Source: an uncultured Phycisphaerales bacterium
GTDB lineage: Bacteria; Planctomycetota; Phycisphaerae; Tepidisphaerales; Tepidisphaeraceae
Assembly (NCBI GenBank): GCA_963755915.1
Contig: CAVWLP010000002.1
Coordinates: forward strand, 4,384,001-4,448,000
Reading direction: 5' to 3'
DNA: 64,000 nucleotides
How positions within the stretch are numbered: position 1 is the first letter of the stretch; each line of letters opens with the position of its first letter. Both the position numbers and the translations under genes were made by a program. This document shows, in pieces, positions 10,456 through 19,051 of this stretch. The notes under the pieces are model-generated. The model was given only the letters and a program-made list of their open reading frames with translations, was not told the origin of the DNA and made no database searches.

Positions 10456-11944
10456 TAATCCCGTTCGGCACGGGGTTCGCGCAAGCAGCAAGATATTGAG
10501 ATTGCGCCTTTGATCTTTTTATGGCATGCTGCCGGACGTGCAGGCAAGACTGAAGGAAAAAGAGATCCTGTGCCTCGGACATCTGCGGCGCGTTTCGCGC
10601 TGCTGCCCACGCTGCGGGATGTGGGCTGTGAGCGGGATCGAGCCGGGAACCGCCAGCTTCACTTCGACGATTATTGCAAGCTGGTTTTGCTTTACACCTG
10701 GAATCCGCTGATCCAATCCCTGCGGGATCTTCAGGAGGTTGCTGAACTGCCCAAGGTGGCCAAGGCGCTGGGAATTAAGCGTTTTTCCGTGGGCAGTTTC
10801 TCTGAATCGGTTCGGGTGTTCGAGCCGGGGCGTTTGACGCCGCTGATTGAGGAATTGGCGGGGGAACTGCCCCAGGCGCCCGATCCGCGTCTTGCGGACT
10901 TTGGGCAGGCGATCACGCTGGTCGACGGGACGGTGCTGACGGCGCTGAGTCGGCTGGCCAAATCCGCTTGCGGCATCGATGCGCGCTACAACACCTCCCG
11001 GGACGGGAAAGCGGTCTATGGCTGGCGTTTGCACGTTCAATTCGATCTGGAGACGTTCAAAGTCCATCGCCTCGACCGCACTGGCGCTCGCAACGCGGGG
11101 GCCAACCGTGAAAACAACGTCCTGCGGCGCAGCCTGGAAGCAGGACGGTGCTATGTAGGAGACGGCGGCTACGCCGACCGGAGCCTCTTTGCGGACATCG
11201 CCGCGGCGCAAAGCTCCTTTGTGATGCGGGCCGCGGAAAACTCGGTGTTTGAGCTGTTTGAAGAACGATTGCTTTCACAGGAAGCATTGGACGGCGGCGT
11301 GGTGCGAGACGCGCTGGTGAAACTCGACGGCCTGGAGACGGCGGCGGATAGGGTGGTGCGACGGGTGGAAGTGCAGGTGAAACCCCATCCGCGCCGCACG
11401 CGCAGCGGCAACAAGCCGACGGACCTGATCATCCTGTACACGAACCTGCTGGACCTGCCGGCGGAATTGATCGCCCTGATTTATCTGTACCGCTACACCG
11501 TTGAGTTGTTCTTCCGGATCTTCAAGCAACTGCTGGGCATGCGTCACCTGCTGAGCCAACGCCAGGAGGGGATCGACATCCAAATCCACTGCGCGCTGAT
11601 CGTCTGCGTGCTGATTCAGCTGATCAGCGGCAGGAAGCCGAACAAGGCGATGCGGAACATGATCGGCTGGTATCTGCTGGGGCTGGCCGAGGAACAGGAC
11701 GTGCTTCGATTCCTGAACAAGCCGGATAACACCGGGATTAAGCTGAGGGCAAGAGCGGAGGCCTTGAAAAAACTGGGAGTAAACTGAAGGGGAATCCGTC
11801 GCCGCGGAGACCTCGCGGTTGATGCTGCGCTCTTGCGGACGCCGGCGTGCAGCAGGGGAAAGTAAAAGTATCTAAGCTTCAATTGTTTCGCGTCCTCCAC
11901 AGCTTTGGAATGCTCCGATGAAGCCTGCGTGCCGAACGGGATTA
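10456..11944 (+). mobile_element. IS4-family insertion sequence, copy 2 (1489 bp), inverted relative to copy 1; transposase 10526..11787 frameshifted at ~10594
   Basis: Same TIRs and same protein; CGCGTTTCGCG versus CGCGTCTTCGCG in copy 1 (1-bp loss). Confidence 0.92.
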
Positions 11945-12259
11945 ACGTTTTGTTACGTTTTCGGCGAATTAGTTAGTATATGCTAACTCATTTTGATTTA
12001 AGTCTGTGTGGGGGAGGTGGTTGCGTGGGGTTTGGTTAATTTTCAATAAACGCGGGGTGTAACATTGCTGGATAGGAATTCGCCCGCTCTTTCCACTTTC
12101 CACCGCTCTGCTCTCTCACGAAGCGAGGCGGAGATCGTGCGGGTCCGCGATGTTTCATCCGCAAGATTGTCCGGCAGTAATCTATCGAGTAACTTGTATG
12201 CGGACTCCGATCCGGAGTAACTGTGCTCTGAGTCGCGACATACGTAAAGGTGGTGCCTG

Positions 12260-12499
12260 ATGGCCGAATCTCAATTCGAAAAAGGCGACACGGTAATGCT
12301 AAAGAGTGGCTCGCGGTTGATGACGATTAAGAGCTTTCAGGACAACGACGCGGAGTGCCATTGGGTGGATAAAGACGGAAAGCCGGAGTCGGCCAATTAC
12401 GATACTTCAATGTTACGTCACGCAACGCGCGCTGTACCTCGCATAATCGCCTTGCGGCGGCCCAGTGTCACCCCAAGTAATTCGCCAGAATATTCTTGA
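12260..12499 (+). CDS. YodC/DUF2158-family small protein
   Basis: FEKGDTVMLKSGSRLMTI...AECHW pattern; AAGGTGG SD-like sequence upstream. Confidence 0.7.
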   Translation: MAESQFEKGDTVMLKSGSRLMTIKSFQDNDAECHWVDKDGKPESANYDTSMLRHATRAVPRIIALRRPSVTPSNSPEYS

Positions 12500-12820
12500 T
12501 ACCGGCGATCATTGCCTCCACGTCCTGCCGAGTAAATTGATCGAATTCGCCGTGGGCGGCTTTGTTGCGAATGTGTGCCCAAGCCTCTAGCTGTGCAGCC
12601 ATCGTTTGTTTGAACACATCAGCTTTTTTGAGCGCTACGATAAGCGGGCTGAGGGTCAGCGGATTGCCTTTGGCATTCGTTGTCGGTATCGACGGTTTCT
12701 GCTTTTGGCACAAAGTCCTTAGAGTTTTCTCTAAGACCGCGCCAGCTAGGACGGCTGCGGGGACATGGTCATTCTTGCCGGATTGACCCTCAACGAGAAG
12801 TTCGTCCGCTTGTCCCATGG
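12468..12820 (-). pseudogene. C-terminal fragment of a HEPN/DUF4145-like protein, 5' part replaced by the IS3 remnant
   Basis: PAAVLAGAVLEKTLRTLC...IRNKAAHG (RxxxxH); the upstream part of the ORF is antisense IS3 sequence. Confidence 0.7.
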
Positions 12821-12821
12821 C

Positions 12822-13502
12822 GGATCGGCAGGTGAGCGTCTGCGTGAACACGGTGGCGCGTCTGATGAAACAGGCCGGATTGCAATCGCGGATTCGCCGG
12901 CGATTCGTCGTCCATACCACCGATTCGAATCACGATGAGCCGGTCGCGGCCAATGTGCTGGACCGCCAGTTCGCAACTGAGCGCCCAACCGCAAGTGGTG
13001 CTGCGACATCACCTACGTTCCGACGGATGAAGGATTCCTATACCTGGCGGCCGTGATCGACCTGTGCAGTCGGAAAATAGTCGGCTGGTCGATGGCCGAT
13101 CATCTGCGAAGTGAGCTGTGTCTGGAAGCGATATCGATGGCGCTGACACATCGCCGACCGGAGCGAGGTTTGCTGCACCACTCCGATCGCGGTGTCCAAT
13201 ACGCCTGCGAGACTTATCGACAGATGCTGGCGGAGCATGGGATGGAGCGGAGCATGAGCCGCACCGGCAATTGCTACGACAACGCGGTGATGGAGAGCTT
13301 TTTCAGCACGCTGAAGACGGAGCTCATTTATCACGAGCACTACGCAACGCAAGCGGAGGCTCGGCGTTCGATCTTTGAGTACATTGAAGTGTTTTACAAT
13401 CGCCAGAGACGTCACTCGGCGATAGGCTACCAAAGCCCCGAAGCGTTCGAGGCCAGCCTGAACTGACGATTTGGCCGCGCCCACCGAACGTGGGGAAGGT
13501 CA
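12822..13502 (+). mobile_element. 5'-truncated IS3-family element (OrfB integrase core, frameshift ~12988)
   Basis: TTDSNH, NVLDRQF, DITY, HHSDRGVQY, GNCYDNAVMESFF, FYNRQRRHS; ends ...GGGGAAGGTCA; no OrfA or left end. Confidence 0.9.
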
Positions 13503-13586
13503 CTACGGAGGATCAGAAAAATCGCGTCCTCTTCGTTGGCCACTTTGTTTAAACTTGGATCGCTTAACCGCAAATGGCCGACCGGG

Positions 13587-13795
13587 TTGGGCCGAAGAAA
13601 AAATCCGGATGCCGTGAAAACCGAATGGATCGAGATGCGCGTCGAGAAGTCCGAAAGGGATACGTTCCGCGCCGCCGCTGACGCAGCCGGATTGCCGCTG
13701 TCCGGCTGGATAAGGCAACGCTTGCGCCATGATGCGAAATAGGAATTGGAGGATTTGGGGTTGCCTGTGCCATTTGTTGAGCGCCTAGGCGTCTG
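13587..13795 (+). pseudogene. Ribbon-helix-helix/DUF1778-like small DNA-binding protein with a probable premature TAG at 13740
   Basis: IEMRVEKSERDTFRAAADAAGLPLSGWIRQRL; the frame continues ELEDLGLPVPF after the TAG. Confidence 0.45.
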
Positions 13796-15164
13796 ATCGC
13801 GGCTCCCCGCTCTGAACAGAGACAACATGCACAGTCGCTAAAGCGCCAGCAAATACAGAAAAAGGGCTTCGCGACCCAGAGAAATCGGCTTGCTCTGTCA
13901 ACTTAAGGAATCCGTCAACAGAAATAGAAAAAGACGAATTCCTATAAACCAAATCGAAGGTGTGCAATTCATTTTTGGTGATTCGGCCAGCATCCCTTTT
14001 GTCGTAGGCCTCGTCCTTAAAGCGTCGCGCGAATGGTCCCTTCCAAATGTGGAGGTAGCCCTCATTCATGTGTTGTTCCCAATTGAATATGATTTCTTCC
14101 TCCACATAACTAAGTCGGACATTTGTTGAATTGGTCATTGCGACTACGCGGAAAGCGATTGGAACGGTAAACGGATCGGGGGTCTGAATGCGATTTTTCC
14201 TCTCGTCATCCAATTCATAGATTCCGTTTTCGAACGATTTGTAGTTTTGCCCCATTCTACCAATCCATTCGGTCGGATTACCGGCAAATGGCGATCTGAT
14301 TTCAGGCAGCCGGCGGTCAATCGCTTTTCCAAGAACTGCCGCAGCGGAAACTTGCTGACTTGCACGGCGACTGATCTTAAAGAGGGAATCACGACCGAAT
14401 AATCGAACGCCGGGATCGAGCCGAAGAAGGCTTTCCGCCGTAGACGTGTTCTCCGGAAATTTTATATACCTGCCGTCAGGATATATCAGCCTTAGTTCTT
14501 TTGCCCGGCCGTATATGGGTGGGTCGTCACTCATTTCCAACACTTGATGTTCAACTTTTTGCGGCGATCCATCATCGCCAGCGCAGAGCAAGAGGATTAC
14601 CTTATCCCTCAATGGAAAGCCCCTAAGCGTCGTATCAAACCAATCTAGGCCTGTCCCCCATGCGGCCTCAAATGACCATTTGCCGTATGTCTTTATGAGC
14701 CGATCAAAATCAGTTTCCGCACGAACTGCCTGAGTAGTGGGGGGCGACAAGCCATTTTGTCTCGACAGCAGATTTCGCAGAACAAGCAAAAAACCCATCC
14801 CCACAATAAGCAGAGCTGCCAGATAGTAAATCGCAAATTTGCGGTCGCTAGAGTTGTTGATAACAGCCGCCCACATGAAAGCTACCACCAGCCATCCAAG
14901 CAGCAAATAGCGGGCTTTCTTGCCAGAAGCGGTGATCGATGAGAGGCCCATTTGAATTTTCGTCAATCTATTTTGCTCGGCAAAATGCTGGTTTGACTGC
15001 TTCCCCTGAAGGAATGTCGTCACCGCCGAAATTATTTGAACAATGGTTTGAATAAGAAGCAGAATAGTGCCGAATATGGCCGTCAACGCGAGAATGTTTG
15101 GGAGGGTCATCCCAAACATTACTTTTGCCTCAGTTTCTGCAATGGGTGGCAGGACTATCGACAT
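13785..15164 (-). CDS. Hypothetical membrane protein (three N-terminal hydrophobic segments, C-terminal beta-rich lectin/ConA-like region), low GC
   Basis: Long ORF in AT-richer DNA; C-terminal HTFDLVY..SFSISVDG pattern. Confidence 0.6.
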   Translation of the reverse strand: MSIVLPPIAETEAKVMFGMTLPNILALTAIFGTILLLIQTIVQIISAVTTFLQGKQSNQHFAEQNRLTKIQMGLSSITASGKKARYLLLGWLVVAFMWAAVINNSSDRKFAIYYLAALLIVGMGFLLVLRNLLSRQNGLSPPTTQAVRAETDFDRLIKTYGKWSFEAAWGTGLDWFDTTLRGFPLRDKVILLLCAGDDGSPQKVEHQVLEMSDDPPIYGRAKELRLIYPDGRYIKFPENTSTAESLLRLDPGVRLFGRDSLFKISRRASQQVSAAAVLGKAIDRRLPEIRSPFAGNPTEWIGRMGQNYKSFENGIYELDDERKNRIQTPDPFTVPIAFRVVAMTNSTNVRLSYVEEEIIFNWEQHMNEGYLHIWKGPFARRFKDEAYDKRDAGRITKNELHTFDLVYRNSSFSISVDGFLKLTEQADFSGSRSPFSVFAGALATVHVVSVQSGEPRSDA

Positions 15165-15481
15165 ATCTATTCTCCAGAAACCGGGTTCGCCCGGCGCTAT
15201 GCCGCCGCTGGAGAGGCAACGGCATAGCGCCAAGGCTTCGACGGATAGCTATTCCGCCGTTCCCGAATAACTGGATTATCGCAAAATTGGGAAGGGCGGT
15301 CACTTTAGCCACTCCCTCCCGCACAACCCGTCATGCAGACGTCGGTTCCGTTGTGCAAACCGCTTCCCTTGTGCAAAGCCCGCGGACCGTAAAGCTTTGT
15401 ATTCAATTGTCCGTACCAAAATCTCCATCGCTCCGGCCACCCAAACGCCCCACCCCCGTCTTCGCAACTATAATCCCCCCA

Positions 15482-17479
15482 GTGAATCTCCTCCCCCCCA
15501 TCGACCTCGCCTGGCAGCACCAGCAGGCCGGCCGCCTCAACGAGGCCGAAGCCATCTGCCGCCAGCTTCTCACCCACGACCCCAACAACGCCCCCGCCCT
15601 GCATCTGCTGGGCGTCATCGCCAAGCTCACCGGCAATGACGACGCCGCCCTTGAGCTTCTCGGTCGCTCGGTCGCCGTTGCCCCCAACGACCCCTTCGCC
15701 CAAAGCAATCTCGGCAACCTTCTTCGCGACAAAGGGCGTTTCGACCTCGCCCTGGCCGCCTATCACAAAGCCATCGCGCTTGACCCCAATTTCGCCGCGG
15801 CCTTCTTTAACCTGGGAATGTGCCACTGGCAGATGAACCAGGACGACCACGCCATCGCCAATCTCCGCCAGGCAATCCACATCTCCCCCGGCATGACCAA
15901 CGCCTGGTTCGCCCTCGCCACCGTCCTCAAGGAGGCCGGGCAGATCGAGCCTTCTATCGCCGCCTGCCAGAAGGCGATTGAACTCAACCCCAACGCCGCG
16001 GGGTACCACTACTCGCTTGCCGACGCATACGAACTCAAATCTCCCCCCTTGCACGACCAGGCCATCGCCGCCTACCGCCGCGCGATCGAGATCGATCCCA
16101 ATTACTCCGAAGCCCGCTGCGACCTCGCCGTCGCCCTCGCCGCCCTGGGCCGCGCCCCCGAATCCGAAGCCGCCCTCACCGACGCCGCCGCCCACGGCGC
16201 CGCCCCCGCCCTCCTCGCTCTCACCCGCGGCCGAATCCTCCACCGCGCCGGCCAATCCGAAAAAGCGATCGAATTTCTCCGCCGCGCCGCTCAGCTCGAT
16301 CCCGATTCCTGGCGCGCCTGGTTCAACCTCGGCAACGCCCTGCGCGAAACCGGCCGCTTTTCCGAAGCCGCCCAGTGCGTCCCCCGCATCCTCGCCCGCC
16401 GCCCAAATTCCTCCCACGCCTACGGCCTGCTCTCCAGCCTCGGCGCCGATCTCGACCCCTCCGAAATCTCCCGCCTCTCCCAATCCCTCGACGACCCCCA
16501 GCTCTCAAACGCCGATCGCGCCGCCCTAGGCTTCGCCCTCGGAAAATTCCTCGACAAATCCGCCCGCTATGACGAAGCCTTCACCCACTTCACCCGCGCC
16601 AACGCCGCCGCCCGCGATCTCCGCCGCGCCGCCGGCGAACGCTACAGCAGCGAACAATTCTCCCGCCACATCGACGACCTGATCGCCCTCACCACCCCCG
16701 ACTTCTTCACCCGCTGGCACACCGCCGGCGTCCGCTCCGATCTCCCCGTCTTCATCGTCGGAATGCCCCGCTCGGGAACCACCCTGATCGAACAAATCGC
16801 CGCCAGCCACCCCCAAATCTTCGGCGCCGGCGAGCTCAATGACATCCCCACCCTCGCCGCAAAATTAAATTTCCCCCACTGTTCCCCCGATCAAATCACC
16901 CAGACCGCTCAGCATCACCTCGACCACCTTCGCTCGCTCGCCCCCTCCGCGGCCGGCGTCATCGACAAGATGCCCGCGAACGTCGAGCATCTGGCCCTGA
17001 TCGCCGCCCTTTTCCCCGAAGCCAGGATCATCTTCTCCCGCCGCGACCCGCGCGACACCTGCCTCTCCTGTTTCTTCCAACCCTTCCTCGAAGGAAATCT
17101 TTTCAGTTTCGACCTGGCCGACTGCGCCCGCCATCACGCCCAGATCGACCGCCTCATCGAGCATTGGAAATCAGTGCTGCCCCTGCGCATGCTGGAAGTC
17201 CAATACGAAACCCTGGTTCAGGACCCCGACCCCCAATCCCGCCGAATCATCGAATTCCTGGGCCTTCCCTGGCACCCCGCCTGCCTGGATTTCCACCACA
17301 CCCAGCGCCCCATCCACACTGCCAGCGCGTGGCAAGTCCGCCAGCCGCTCTACAATCACTCCATCGGCCGGTGGAAAAATTATGAGAAATATCTTGGCCC
17401 ACTTTCGGACGCCCTGCGCCTTACCCCCTCTCCCGGTACTCCGGGAGAGGGCAGGGGTGAGGGCCTTGGAAAAATCTGA
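15482..17479 (+). CDS. TPR-repeat sulfotransferase
   Basis: Multiple TPRs; FIVGMPRSGTTLIEQI, DKMPAN, RDPRDTCLSCF, TASAWQVRQPLY; likely GTG start at 15482. Confidence 0.92.
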   Translation: MNLLPPIDLAWQHQQAGRLNEAEAICRQLLTHDPNNAPALHLLGVIAKLTGNDDAALELLGRSVAVAPNDPFAQSNLGNLLRDKGRFDLALAAYHKAIALDPNFAAAFFNLGMCHWQMNQDDHAIANLRQAIHISPGMTNAWFALATVLKEAGQIEPSIAACQKAIELNPNAAGYHYSLADAYELKSPPLHDQAIAAYRRAIEIDPNYSEARCDLAVALAALGRAPESEAALTDAAAHGAAPALLALTRGRILHRAGQSEKAIEFLRRAAQLDPDSWRAWFNLGNALRETGRFSEAAQCVPRILARRPNSSHAYGLLSSLGADLDPSEISRLSQSLDDPQLSNADRAALGFALGKFLDKSARYDEAFTHFTRANAAARDLRRAAGERYSSEQFSRHIDDLIALTTPDFFTRWHTAGVRSDLPVFIVGMPRSGTTLIEQIAASHPQIFGAGELNDIPTLAAKLNFPHCSPDQITQTAQHHLDHLRSLAPSAAGVIDKMPANVEHLALIAALFPEARIIFSRRDPRDTCLSCFFQPFLEGNLFSFDLADCARHHAQIDRLIEHWKSVLPLRMLEVQYETLVQDPDPQSRRIIEFLGLPWHPACLDFHHTQRPIHTASAWQVRQPLYNHSIGRWKNYEKYLGPLSDALRLTPSPGTPGEGRGEGLGKI

Positions 17480-17548
17480 CGCACACACGGCCCTCACCCG
17501 CGCGGACTTCGTCCGCTTGCCCTCTCCCGGAGTACCGGGCGAGGGGTG
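17424..17548. repeat. Inverted pair of CCCTCTCCCGGTACTCCGGGAGAGGG..GGGGTGAGGG palindromic repeats
   Basis: Two inverted copies; further copies at ~21193-21236 and degenerate ones at ~8678-8704 and ~22386-22427. Confidence 0.8.
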
Positions 17549-17589
17549 GAGCCGCAAAAGTGCTCGCATTGGTAGAGCAGTATTCCCGA

Positions 17590-18384
17590 TCAAATATGCA
17601 AAATAAACGCCGCCCCAATCAAACACCCAATCCCCCCGCACACGATCCCCGCGATCGCCATCCCCTTACCACCGCGCGTAGCCGAATCCATGCTCGCCAC
17701 CTGCTTTAACCCCACGATCCCAAAAATAACCGCCAGCATCGCCGGTATCACGATCATGAACGCCGGCAGACTAATGATCCCCAGCACCAGCGACGCCACG
17801 CAGAACCCGTTGTTCGTCCCCGTCGCCTCCAGCGTCGTCCCCTCCATCGTGAACGGCATGCCACAGCTCTTGCAGTTATTCGCCGTAATCGTGCTGCTCG
17901 CCATGCACCGCGGGCAAATGATGATCTGTTTCCCCTCCTTCGTCCGCTGAATCTTTGGCGCCCTTCCCCCGGCGGCGGCATACGCATGAACCGGATGCGG
18001 ATCCTGCCGGATGATCTCCCGGGTCTTCGGATCGATCAGCCGCCCATACCGGTCGAGGATCGGAATCGTTATCTGGTTCCCGCACGTCGGGCACGTCCCA
18101 TCCTGCCCCCCCATCGACTCCGTCGCCTCCAGCCGGCTGGAGCAATACCCGCAGTTAAACCCATACCGTTTCCCCCCAATCCGCGGCGGCGCAATCGTCC
18201 GCGACATCACCGCCCCACCCACCGCCCCACTCGCAGACCCCACCGAGCTCTGCCCCGCTCCAACCGACTCGGTCACCGGCACCCGCACCGTCGTCCGGCA
18301 CACCGGACAACGCACAACCTGCCCCGCCTGCTCCGGCGCTGCCGATATCGGCGTACGGCAAACGTGGCACGCAAATACAATCAT
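17590..18384 (-). CDS. Multi zinc-ribbon + DUF4190 membrane protein
   Basis: Six CxxC motifs; NGFCVASLVLGI...GGKGMAIAGIVCG. Confidence 0.85.
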   Translation of the reverse strand: MIVFACHVCRTPISAAPEQAGQVVRCPVCRTTVRVPVTESVGAGQSSVGSASGAVGGAVMSRTIAPPRIGGKRYGFNCGYCSSRLEATESMGGQDGTCPTCGNQITIPILDRYGRLIDPKTREIIRQDPHPVHAYAAAGGRAPKIQRTKEGKQIIICPRCMASSTITANNCKSCGMPFTMEGTTLEATGTNNGFCVASLVLGIISLPAFMIVIPAMLAVIFGIVGLKQVASMDSATRGGKGMAIAGIVCGGIGCLIGAAFILHI

Positions 18385-18438
18385 GCTCCCTCAAAATCCT
18401 AAACGACCGCGACGCAATTTCAAACCGATCGCTGGGGG

Positions 18439-18572
18439 AAAACCAGAAACCCGAAACCAGAATTCCGAATCAAACCCGAATGACCGAATGACGAATAAAA
18501 GTGGCACCCATTCGGATTTCGTCATTCGGATTTGATTCTGGTTTCGGGTTTCTGGTTTCGGATTTCAATTTC
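18439..18572. repeat. Long imperfect palindrome built from heptamer-like repeats
   Basis: AAACCAGAAACCCGAAACCAGAAT...ATTCTGGTTTCGGGTTTCTGGTTT; inner CGAATGAC/GTCATTCG. Confidence 0.75.
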
Positions 18573-18575
18573 CAT

Positions 18576-19043
18576 TCACACCACCGCCTCCACCGCCCTC
18601 CGACTCCCCTCATCCATCTCATCCATCCTCGGCAACTCATAAATCGTCCCATCCGCATCCTTCACCGTAAACCTACCATCGGCCATAAACCGGATATCCT
18701 CCCGTTCCTGCACCCGAAAATCCGCCGGCCCGCGGTCCGTTTCCACCGTCCACTGCTGAAACCCAAACCGCACATCCACCGCCATCACCCGCGTAATCCG
18801 CGGGATCATGCTCGTCCCCGCCAGATAATTCTCGACGATTCCCCGCAGCCCCTCGGAAAGCTTCCCCAGATCGTCGATCATCACCAGTTCCTTCCCCTCC
18901 TTGCTGCGAATGCTGACGTTCCTCTCCGGCGAAGACCACGGAAACGACCGCCGCACGCGCACGTCCACCACCTCCTCCACCCCCGGCCGCACCAGCACCA
19001 TTCGCCCTTGCGGATCCACCTTCAAATCAAACGCCTCGCTCAT
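18576..19043 (-). CDS. DUF1854 domain protein
   Basis: VRRSFPWSSP...IPRITRV...WTVETDRGPADF...KDADGTIY; follows the ABC transporter. Confidence 0.85.
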   Translation of the reverse strand: MSEAFDLKVDPQGRMVLVRPGVEEVVDVRVRRSFPWSSPERNVSIRSKEGKELVMIDDLGKLSEGLRGIVENYLAGTSMIPRITRVMAVDVRFGFQQWTVETDRGPADFRVQEREDIRFMADGRFTVKDADGTIYELPRMDEMDEGSRRAVEAVV

Positions 19044-19051
19044 AACTCTCC

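Noticed and set aside
8726-11944. Cargo-carrying composite transposon
   Set aside because: The 240-bp spacer has no credible gene, and the inner junctions also carry target duplications, favouring two insertions plus an inversion
15098-15481. N-terminal extension of the sulfotransferase (likewise dgkA 6603-6725 and regulator 28992-29159)
   Set aside because: Lies upstream of where domain similarity begins and overlaps intergenic or other features
18439-18572. CRISPR array (also 5310-5465, 23326-23365 and the REP clusters)
   Set aside because: No constant repeats with unique spacers and no cas genes; these are palindromes, heptamer runs or coding Gly repeats
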